The position numbers and the translations under genes were made by a program. A stretch of 64,000 nt of DNA from a phage, in the sequence record PX104378.1. The stretch is one strand, 5' to 3'. Each line of letters begins with the position of its first letter. Positions within the stretch are counted from its first letter, which is position 1. The notes beneath the pieces were generated by a model. That model was not told the origin of the DNA. It searched no databases and was given only the letters and a program-made list of their open reading frames with translations. Positions 57,010-64,000 of this stretch are shown here, piece by piece.

Positions 57010-57339
57010 TCAGATCATTTTAAAGTAGTTTTCGTTAACGTTTTCTTCATTAATTTCTGATTTAAACACTGTGCCATCATCAGGACAGACATAATATCGT
57101 TCTGAATAGTCACGATACTTTTTCAGTAGGCTGACACCAACGTTAACACCATTTTCCCAGAAACGAAAGATAATTTTATCGGCAGTGTAACGATAATCAC
57201 TTTGAATCAGGCTACCATCACCGCGACGAGACTCATAAATTGTAATACAATTGCGGTTGGCTGTATTAAGACATTCCTCAATAGTACCACAAGACAGAAT
57301 TTCGATTGATCCGTTAACTTCTTGTTCTACAGTCCACAT
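57010..57339 (-). CDS. Hypothetical protein
   Basis: 109 aa ORF. Confidence 0.5.
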   Translation of the reverse strand: MWTVEQEVNGSIEILSCGTIEECLNTANRNCITIYESRRGDGSLIQSDYRYTADKIIFRFWENGVNVGVSLLKKYRDYSERYYVCPDDGTVFKSEINEENVNENYFKMI

Positions 57340-57361
57340 AATGTAATCCTCACTTTGTATT

Positions 57362-57685
57362 TCACTGTTTTTTGCTCATATTATATGCTTCTAGTGACAG
57401 GTCGTCAACCATCGAAGAAATCTCATTAAGAAAATCTTTTTCCATATATGCCATCAAAGAGTTTGATTCTTTGATATGTTGTATAGCAGTCTCACTTAGA
57501 ACTCCTTCCCCTAAAAATAATGCAACAAGAACACTATCTGGGATATGAATCTCATCATAATCATCGATTCCTTTCTGTACTCGAATAGTGGCTTTTGTTG
57601 TGTTGTGTGTCATGTCTAATTTTGAGAAAAGTTCTACGTTCGGATACTTGTTACTTTTCTTATGCAGTGTCGCGTTCAATAACAT
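57362..57685 (-). CDS. Hypothetical early protein
   Basis: Start trimmed to ATG (MLLNATL; table start is TTG) with SD GGAGGA; promoter cassette upstream. Confidence 0.55.
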   Translation of the reverse strand: MLLNATLHKKSNKYPNVELFSKLDMTHNTTKATIRVQKGIDDYDEIHIPDSVLVALFLGEGVLSETAIQHIKESNSLMAYMEKDFLNEISSMVDDLSLEAYNMSKKQ

Positions 57686-57715
57686 AGGCAAGTTCCTCCA
57701 TTGTTTCGATGTTTG

Positions 57716-57744
57716 TATTATACAATACTATGTTACTTTGTCAA
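57716..57744 (-). promoter_or_regulatory. Early promoter cassette P13
   Basis: TTGACA with TAATAC/ATAATA-like -10 upstream of 57362..57685. Confidence 0.45.
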
Positions 57745-58323
57745 CTCTTTTTCAAAAGATTTTACGATATACATGATAGTGCTCAATTCGGACGGTGCTA
57801 CTGTTTCTGTGTAGCCATCCGGCATATCTTTTTTTGAGATATAGGAAGTTTTACCTTTCATCGCTTCCTTGATCTTGTTCTCTAATTCTAAGATCTTTTG
57901 ACCGTCTTGTAAAGTCAATTCATAAAAGATCTCATGGTCGAATTTAGAAACACGAGATTGGTCTTTCATTCGTGCTTTAGTTGTTAAGTTAGTTATTCCA
58001 AATTTAACACCAACAAAATTATTATTGTTGATTAGTCTCTGGATATACAGAGTTCCAATTTTTAATGTATTGTATCCATAGTGGGCACATTTAGGGCAAC
58101 GTCTTCCTTTCTGAAACTCCATTATTGGTTGAGTGTATGTATGCCCTTCGCTACATGTCAAATTTAATTTTGTCTTATTACCTTTCCATTCTCCAATGAA
58201 TCCATTGAAGGTTATATTTTCTTTTTCAAAGACTGGTTTCAATCTTTCATAATATTCAATTGGCGATATAGAACGATTGCTTTTTCTTACCCATTCAATC
58301 TCATGTGCTTGACGTACTAACAT
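57733..58323 (-). CDS. Hypothetical protein with zinc-finger-like CxxC...CPKC and possible degenerate GIY-YIG-like segment
   Basis: Start trimmed to ATG (MLVRQ) with SD GGAGGA because the longer table start lies inside the promoter -10/-35; KIGTLYIQRL..FVGVKFGITN. Confidence 0.5.
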   Translation of the reverse strand: MLVRQAHEIEWVRKSNRSISPIEYYERLKPVFEKENITFNGFIGEWKGNKTKLNLTCSEGHTYTQPIMEFQKGRRCPKCAHYGYNTLKIGTLYIQRLINNNNFVGVKFGITNLTTKARMKDQSRVSKFDHEIFYELTLQDGQKILELENKIKEAMKGKTSYISKKDMPDGYTETVAPSELSTIMYIVKSFEKELTK

Positions 58324-58353
58324 AATTTTATCCTCCGTTGTTTCGATGAGTTC

Positions 58354-58381
58354 ATTATACATTACCTCGCCAACATGTCAA
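58354..58381 (-). promoter_or_regulatory. Early promoter cassette P14 (TTGACA-N16-TATAAT)
   Basis: Upstream of 57733..58323; overlaps the longer table ORF start, which was therefore rejected. Confidence 0.5.
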
Positions 58382-58407
58382 CACCTTTTTCATAAATTTT
58401 TAGGCAA

Positions 58408-58432
58408 TAAAAAAGCCTCCCCGAAGGGAGGC
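58408..58432 (-). terminator. Intrinsic terminator after gene 32
   Basis: Minus-strand hairpin GCCTCCC-TTCG-GGGAGGC followed by TTTTTT. Confidence 0.65.
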
Positions 58433-58443
58433 TGTAAAATTCA

Positions 58444-59391
58444 TTACATCGCTAACAGAGAGTCCAGGTCATCCAGATCAGAAGCGGAGGAAGTACCGCC
58501 ACCCAGGTCCAGAGATGCCATCAGATCATCAGCGGAAGAATCGGATGTTGTGCTAGTTGCGGTAGTACCAGCGTCGAATGCATTCATCTGTGCATCGAAA
58601 TCGTCAAGCTGGTTGTTAATCGCTGCCGCAGCACCAGAAGCCGCAGCACCAGCTACCAGGCTTACACCTTTAACTTTCTTAAATTTAGCATCCAGTTCCT
58701 CGAAAGATTTAAACTGGTCTTTTGCTACGATAACATCAATATCTACCATGTTTTCGAACAGATATTTCTGGAATGCTTCATCTTCGATGTTCGGAATCGC
58801 TGATTGCTGCATGAAACGTGAATCATCGTAGTTCAGGAATTTATCTACTTTCTTAGCTTTCAGAAGGAAGTTAGCGCCTTCGAACGGACATACGATGTTT
58901 ACAGGTTTTTCGCCCAATTCCGTGTTTACGTTGCTCATTGCCAGAATCTTATCATAAATTTTCTTACCGAAGCGGTATTTAAATACTTTACCTTCGTTTT
59001 CCGGCGCTTTCGGATCTTTCATTACCAGAATGTTTGCGAAGTAAGAAGATTTACGCTTAACATCTTGATATTCTTTATTGTTGGTGTTGTACAGATCATT
59101 TTCGCTAATGTATTTGCACACAGGGCAAGAATCAAAATCACCGTGGGTGCTAGGGCAGTTTTCCCAATAATACTTACCATTTACTTTGAAAGAATGGTTT
59201 ACAAGGTTGATGATCGGTAAACCGTCTTCGGTGCGTGCTGGAAGAAAACGAATCACCGCTTCACCGTTACCCGCCGCGTCAGTTTTAATCTTCCACTCTT
59301 TCGGATCTTCTTTGGAGAAGCCGTTGCTACCTTTCAGTGCTGCCAGTTGAGCTTGCAGTTTGGAAGAATCTTGACGACGAAAAATGTTCAT
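58444..59391 (-). CDS. 32: Single-stranded DNA-binding protein gp32
   Basis: Start set at MNIF with SD AAGAGG; extensive identity to T4 gp32 as recalled ([31 protein letters not shown]); acidic C-terminus; terminator downstream. Confidence 0.95.
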   Translation of the reverse strand: MNIFRRQDSSKLQAQLAALKGSNGFSKEDPKEWKIKTDAAGNGEAVIRFLPARTEDGLPIINLVNHSFKVNGKYYWENCPSTHGDFDSCPVCKYISENDLYNTNNKEYQDVKRKSSYFANILVMKDPKAPENEGKVFKYRFGKKIYDKILAMSNVNTELGEKPVNIVCPFEGANFLLKAKKVDKFLNYDDSRFMQQSAIPNIEDEAFQKYLFENMVDIDVIVAKDQFKSFEELDAKFKKVKGVSLVAGAAASGAAAAINNQLDDFDAQMNAFDAGTTATSTTSDSSADDLMASLDLGGGTSSASDLDDLDSLLAM

Positions 59392-59457
59392 AATTATACC
59401 TCTTTTATACATTAACTATTAATTTGCTAGACTATTATACAGATTTAAATTTACTTG
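59392..59457 (-). promoter_or_regulatory. AU-rich 5' leader of gene 32 (candidate translational operator)
   Basis: 66-bp strongly A/T-rich region between gp59 stop and gp32 ATG, ending in SD AAGAGG. Confidence 0.4.
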
Positions 59458-60138
59458 TCAACTATTTGTTTCGGCTTTTAATTGAGATATTTCTTTACAC
59501 TCTTTAACTACTTTAACAAATAATGCTCTTGCTTTTGCGGCGTCAATAACAAGTAGTTTCTTGTACGCCTTCATTTTAACACTATAAGTTTGCCAAATCA
59601 AGTCTTTGGCTACCTTGTCGTGTTCGTCGATTATATTTAGAAAGCTATCTAACAACATAAACGACTCAAACGATATAATCCGATTTTGCAGTAGTTTAAA
59701 GATACCGCTAGTTTCGGTTGCGGGATTGTATGTAATTAGCTCTTTAAGAGTAACCCCGCGTTTCTCTGAGAAGTATACCAGACTTTTAATGTCATCGTCA
59801 AATCGTGTTGCAGCATCAGTGATCTTACCGATATACTCCATGTAAAATCCGTATGCGTCAACATCGGTGATTTCACCTACCCATGCATCGGTATTAGCTA
59901 CCAGATTGCTTAGGAATAGGAAGTATAATTCTCTTAGATTGTACTTTTCCGCTAATTTTGCGAAATAATACTTATCTCTGCGTTTATTGAATGCGGCATC
60001 AGACAACCGCATCCTCCAATTGTATTTTACGCAATCATAACGCCCGTTCATATGAGCTTTCATCATGCAATATAACATATACACAGATTTAGCATTAATT
60101 CGCATATCTGGATCTGGAGGAAGACGGTTTCTGATCAT
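59458..60138 (-). CDS. 59: Helicase loader gp59
   Basis: 226 aa; colinear with T4 gp59 as recalled (KSVY.LY.M.K.HMNG.YD..KYNW.MR.SDAA..KRRDKY.F.KL.EKY; IISFE.F.LLDSFLNIID). Confidence 0.92.
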   Translation of the reverse strand: MIRNRLPPDPDMRINAKSVYMLYCMMKAHMNGRYDCVKYNWRMRLSDAAFNKRRDKYYFAKLAEKYNLRELYFLFLSNLVANTDAWVGEITDVDAYGFYMEYIGKITDAATRFDDDIKSLVYFSEKRGVTLKELITYNPATETSGIFKLLQNRIISFESFMLLDSFLNIIDEHDKVAKDLIWQTYSVKMKAYKKLLVIDAAKARALFVKVVKECKEISQLKAETNS

Positions 60139-60147
60139 ACATACCCC

Positions 60148-60417
60148 TTAAATATCGAGAGTGTTGGTCGGTTCGTCGATCACTCCCTTCCTGAGCGTTC
60201 TATTCACTATACATTCTTGTGTGATCTTGTCAATAATGGACACCGGAATATACTTCTGATAGTGACCATATTCTATAGAGTTTTCCTCTACAAACTGAGT
60301 TGTCGCTTCAAGATAAGTCAATCCCTCTTCAACAACCAGTTTTTCGATTGCAAGACCGTTTGCTGTTTTATTCGCGGCTTTTACCGCATGTTCATTAAGC
60401 ATTGAACACCCGATCAT
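60148..60417 (-). CDS. 33: Late transcription co-activator gp33-like
   Basis: C-terminal YLEATT.F.EENSI and position after gp59 as in T4; start uncertain (alternative ATG at 60402). Confidence 0.75.
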   Translation of the reverse strand: MIGCSMLNEHAVKAANKTANGLAIEKLVVEEGLTYLEATTQFVEENSIEYGHYQKYIPVSIIDKITQECIVNRTLRKGVIDEPTNTLDI

Positions 60418-60670
60418 AGAGTTCTACCGCTTCATCGCGTTCTGCTTCGAAGGTTTCTCGCTGTTGCTGGTGATACAGTTTAAACAGAATGCCCCACATT
60501 TTACCATCTACGCCTAATTCTTCTTTAGCACGCTGTTTGATCTCTTTGATCTTATCGCCATATGCTTCTTGAATGGTTTTCTGATCGCTGGCTTCTTTAA
60601 TCAGTTGTGCCAGGGTATTTCCGTGCACTGCTTCGTCAAATACTACTTTTTCTTTTTTCTGTTCAGTCAT
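60395..60670 (-). CDS. dsbA: Small protein at dsbA position (dsDNA-binding protein DsbA-like)
   Basis: 91 aa, charged helical; assignment by size and position only. Confidence 0.5.
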   Translation of the reverse strand: MTEQKKEKVVFDEAVHGNTLAQLIKEASDQKTIQEAYGDKIKEIKQRAKEELGVDGKMWGILFKLYHQQQRETFEAERDEAVELYDRVFNA

Positions 60671-60674
60671 AATA

Positions 60675-61274
60675 TTAACCCTCTTTAGTCATTAATTGAA
60701 AACCACGTTCAGCTTTTGAGATTTCGCTAGGACTTAAATCGTCACCCACATATTCTAGCATCATTTCTCGGATAATGTCAAGTGCTTTTTCATCACCTGA
60801 TTTTAACTCGAACTCAAGTTCATAATGAGCAGTGTCGCCCAATCCTTCGCCTACTTTGCCATAATAGAAAGTGTCTTTGCACATTTCCACTATACCGCAA
60901 CCCATATCTAGAGTCAATGACTTGCGATATGTCATTACTTGCATTATTGTAGTGATATAGTCGGAGTTTACCCCTAGACTATCAATAAAATGGACGAACT
61001 CATCCCAATTTGAAAATGTCATTTCCTCGCGGTTGAATAGTCCAGATTCATTATCACCCATTTTGACCATGATCTCTGATTTTCGACAGTCAAGTCGTGC
61101 ATAAATTCCTTTTTGACGTAGCGCATGATCTTCGGTATCATAATAAAATTCGTGTTTTAGAATGTTATCACGGTCTACGAGATTGTACCCGTCATACATT
61201 GCTACCCACAAATCACAGATGGTTTCGACGCCAATTTGTGAGTGTGCATAGTATTTTAATTCAAGTTCTTTCAT
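60675..61274 (-). CDS. CYTH-like (triphosphate tunnel metalloenzyme-like) protein
   Basis: 199 aa; N-terminal ELELKY (ExExK) and C-terminal YELEFEL (ExExE) acidic-strand motifs typical of CYTH domains; motif-based only. Confidence 0.5.
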   Translation of the reverse strand: MKELELKYYAHSQIGVETICDLWVAMYDGYNLVDRDNILKHEFYYDTEDHALRQKGIYARLDCRKSEIMVKMGDNESGLFNREEMTFSNWDEFVHFIDSLGVNSDYITTIMQVMTYRKSLTLDMGCGIVEMCKDTFYYGKVGEGLGDTAHYELEFELKSGDEKALDIIREMMLEYVGDDLSPSEISKAERGFQLMTKEG

Positions 61275-61284
61275 GTGTCAACCC

Positions 61285-62232
61285 TTAGAACTCACCAATT
61301 TTCTGCAACATTTTAACTAACGCATTTGTTACAAAATAGTTATAAATTTTACCGCGTGGTGCTGGTTTAGATTTTTCCCATGACTCCAGAATCTGATTCT
61401 GAATATTGTCTGGGATGTAATCGAAATCAATAAGTTCGCGGTTTTCATCAAATCGACGTGCTTCTTCCTCTGTCATCAAAGACTTTGGATCTTCGGCATC
61501 GAAGATTTGCTCTAACCATTTGGTCGCAACTGGTTTAGCTCGTTCACCTTCCAATCGAGAGATAATAAAATCACTACGGCACTTGACAGAAGCTACACCG
61601 TCTTTTGCGTCACCCTTAACACATTTTACCATAAGGTCTTTGTACGGGCTACCGTATTTGCATTTCTTCCATGCTTTTTGTACTGGTGCCCACTGCTTCA
61701 CATTTTTGTATTTGTGCAACTGTGTGTAGTCACCATCGCCGGAGTTGATCAGCACCTGACGACCTTCTACAGAAAACTTTTTAGTTAGCACAGCGATTAT
61801 ATCATCCGCTTCAACTTTGTCAACCTTAATAACGTGATAAGGCATGTTCTCTTTAAACTCTTCGGTGATCTTATTGATCGCAGCAAAGATCATCTCCCAA
61901 TCACGCGGATCTGCGTCTCGTTTTTCCTTACGGTTGCGTTTATAGTAAGGGGCGATATCACGTCGCCAGTAACCTTTGCTTGAATCAAAAGCAAGTACCG
62001 TAATAGGGTATTGCTCTTTGAATTTTGTCATATTATAACGCATGGTGTCAAGAATAAGATGACGGATCATGCCTTCACTAATAGGATCTTCCGGTTTAAA
62101 GGTATGCGAGATAGTAGCAATCATAAGCTGCGACATATCAATCAAATGCACACCTTCCGGTAGTTTATCTTCTGGGTCATCGAAGAAATCATTAAGTGTA
62201 GCGGTAGTTTTTGTAAACGGGTTATACGTCAT
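61285..62232 (-). CDS. rnh: RNase H (5'-3' exonuclease/flap endonuclease)
   Basis: 315 aa vs T4 RNase H 305 aa; blocks YMPY.V...DK.EADD.IAVL.KKFS.EG, DGD.TQLHKY.NVKQW.P, VKVRSDF, IDFDYIPDNI match T4 as recalled. Confidence 0.93.
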   Translation of the reverse strand: MTYNPFTKTTATLNDFFDDPEDKLPEGVHLIDMSQLMIATISHTFKPEDPISEGMIRHLILDTMRYNMTKFKEQYPITVLAFDSSKGYWRRDIAPYYKRNRKEKRDADPRDWEMIFAAINKITEEFKENMPYHVIKVDKVEADDIIAVLTKKFSVEGRQVLINSGDGDYTQLHKYKNVKQWAPVQKAWKKCKYGSPYKDLMVKCVKGDAKDGVASVKCRSDFIISRLEGERAKPVATKWLEQIFDAEDPKSLMTEEEARRFDENRELIDFDYIPDNIQNQILESWEKSKPAPRGKIYNYFVTNALVKMLQKIGEF

Positions 62233-62234
62233 AA

Positions 62235-62420
62235 TTAAGTTCTCTCCACTCTCACAACAACATATTCGCCAAACGAGTTAGATACTTCACGATCATAACC
62301 GTACTTCTCCATAACTCGCAGAATTGCATTGTTTAATTCGGCACGGAAATAATTGTAATCCTTATCTGGGATTCTGTCAACTATCCATTTTGCACCGTCT
62401 GACAAATCAACTTTAACCAT
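62235..62420 (-). CDS. Small hypothetical protein
   Basis: 61 aa ORF immediately downstream of rnh. Confidence 0.45.
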   Translation of the reverse strand: MVKVDLSDGAKWIVDRIPDKDYNYFRAELNNAILRVMEKYGYDREVSNSFGEYVVVRVERT

Positions 62421-62458
62421 AATATATCATCCTCTTTTGTTTCTATCAAGCCTTATTT

Positions 62459-62466
62459 TATAAATA
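62459..62466 (+). promoter_or_regulatory. Late promoter (TATAAATA) for gp34
   Basis: Exact TATAAATA about 30 bp upstream of gp34 ATG. Confidence 0.6.
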
Positions 62467-62494
62467 TGAACATACTATAAAAGGAGACCCAATA

Positions 62495-64000
62495 ATGGCA
62501 GATTTTTCTCAACATTTCAAGGCCACATTTGGCTTTGACGCTGGTAATGAAAAGGTCGTCAATGTAGCATTGGCTGATAAGAATGTCAACACCGATGCGG
62601 TCAACGTTGAATTTTTCAATTACCATAATGGTATTACTCAGTATGACACAACTCGCGGTTATGATCAATACGGAACTACAATCTATCAAAACCGTCCGTA
62701 TTATGCAAAAGAAGATATCACAAAGCCAGCAGGTGATTTTGACCCGACTAAATGGCAAGCACTGCGCACCGATCCACGTTGGGATTATATTGCAGCAACT
62801 TCCGGTGATACTCCTTTAAAGTCTGGTGATTATATCGCAGCAGATGGTCAATTTGCAAACTTGACTTTCTCCATGCCAAACAAACCAGCAGAGGGAGACA
62901 CTATAACAGTAAAAGATATCGGTGGCAAGTGTGGTGTTAATGAATTATCGTTCTTGAGTTCAGGTCATGAGTTTTATCATAACGGTAATGTGTATAACCG
63001 CAAATGGTATTGCACTACCCCGTATGCAATGAACTATTTCATCTTTGTTCGTAATCGTTGGCATGTTTATCAGACAGGAACAGAGCCACGCGGTGTGTAC
63101 GCACAGCCAGCGATTGATGCTATTCAAATGCAGAATGGTGATCAGGTATTTCGTCGTAGTTCGTTGGGTAATATTACCTTAGTGCTTCCTAAGTTTGCCA
63201 ACAATGGCGACATGATCCAGACCACAGACCTTGACGGGTTAACCGCAACCAACCACGTTACGGTTAAAGTTCATGAGCACGCAGAAGAACAATCAATTGG
63301 CACGTTCGGATTAAAAGAGATTATCGGTAAGCGTAGCGGTCATGGTGTATTCATCTTTGATAAGCCTGAAAACTTATGGCGTGTGTGGGATGGTGATCAG
63401 TCTGTTCGTCTTAAACCGATCATCGATGACACTCGCTTGCAACCTAATAGTTATGTTGCTGTATTTGGTGATCATGATGTTACTCTGACGCTACCGACCA
63501 ATGTCGAGCCGGGTGATCGTATTCAAGTTTCTATGCAGTATATGCACGGAAACCAGAATTGCCGTATTATCACCGCCGCAGAGGATACAAAAATCCTTAT
63601 GCAGAAAAATATGGTTCAGTTTCCTAAGCGTAGCGAGTACCCATTCAACGGGACCGAGACATGGAAGGAAGTGTCTGAATTGTCGTTCAATGCGGCTAGT
63701 GATTATGTACCTTATCTGGAGTTCTCTTATTCAGAAGGTGATGATGGTAAAAAACACTGGTTGGTAGCACATGCTCACCCGATTGTAGAACGAGTAGATC
63801 CGACTCGTAAAGCGCGTGTTGGTGTAATTGCACTGGCTACCCAGACTGAAACGAATAAAAACCATGAAGAGAATCCTAGCGACGAAGTTGCAGTAACACC
63901 AAAAATGCTGGCTAATAAAACCGCCAACGAAACTCGACGCGGTATTGCTCGCATTGCGACTCAGGAGGAAACGCATCAAGATACTGGTTCCAGCTTCCTG
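62495..64000 (+). CDS. 34: Long tail fiber proximal subunit gp34 (5' partial, runs off window end)
   Basis: Not in ORF table because no stop in window; SD AAGGAG then ATG; translation MADFSQHFKATFGFDAGNEKVVNVALADKNVNTDAVNVEF... colinear with T4 gp34 N-terminus as recalled, ending TETRRGIARIATQEE; TATAAATA upstream. Confidence 0.9.
   Translation, partial: MADFSQHFKATFGFDAGNEKVVNVALADKNVNTDAVNVEFFNYHNGITQYDTTRGYDQYGTTIYQNRPYYAKEDITKPAGDFDPTKWQALRTDPRWDYIAATSGDTPLKSGDYIAADGQFANLTFSMPNKPAEGDTITVKDIGGKCGVNELSFLSSGHEFYHNGNVYNRKWYCTTPYAMNYFIFVRNRWHVYQTGTEPRGVYAQPAIDAIQMQNGDQVFRRSSLGNITLVLPKFANNGDMIQTTDLDGLTATNHVTVKVHEHAEEQSIGTFGLKEIIGKRSGHGVFIFDKPENLWRVWDGDQSVRLKPIIDDTRLQPNSYVAVFGDHDVTLTLPTNVEPGDRIQVSMQYMHGNQNCRIITAAEDTKILMQKNMVQFPKRSEYPFNGTETWKEVSELSFNAASDYVPYLEFSYSEGDDGKKHWLVAHAHPIVERVDPTRKARVGVIALATQTETNKNHEENPSDEVAVTPKMLANKTANETRRGIARIATQEETHQDTGSSFL

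Noticed and set aside
57733-58323. Calling this protein a Seg-type GIY-YIG homing endonuclease
   Set aside because: Only a loose YI..L...KFGIT resemblance; the canonical GIY and YIG elements and catalytic Arg/Glu spacing are not clearly present.

Overview
This window is a contiguous segment of a T4-like (Tevenvirinae-type) myovirus genome, judged by gene content and order; protein matches are recalled from T4 proteins, not database-searched. Plus-strand late structural block: large terminase gp17, tail sheath gp18, tail tube gp19, portal gp20, prohead core gp67/gp68, prohead protease gp21, scaffold gp22, major capsid gp23, vertex gp24, with a three-gene late insertion between gp23 and gp24. 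Then follow two tandem Hoc-like Ig-repeat genes, uvsW, uvsY, the baseplate genes gp25/26/51/27/28/29/48/54, and a long minus-strand early/middle region: alt plus a short ADP-ribosyltransferase paralog, a hypervariable array of small genes each behind a repeated sigma70-like promoter cassette, HNH endonuclease, DNA ligase gp30, NADAR-like protein, gp31, cd, pseT, spanins, rnlA, denA, nrdB, nrdA, td, frd, gp32, gp59, gp33, dsbA, rnh, and the 5' part of gp34. No tRNA, rRNA or CRISPR was recognised. The best candidates for undescribed biology are (i) a six-member paralog family of ~90-117 aa proteins with a conserved His-x-His-x-His-Trp signature, and (ii) a translationally coupled six-gene operon encoding a C5-methyltransferase-fold protein, a zinc-ribbon protein and a DUF262/ParB-like protein. 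Table ORF starts that translate TTG/GTG as M were trimmed to the first ATG with a Shine-Dalgarno. Coordinates of features absent from the ORF table (small ORFs, promoters, terminators) were indexed by hand and may be off by 1-3 bp.
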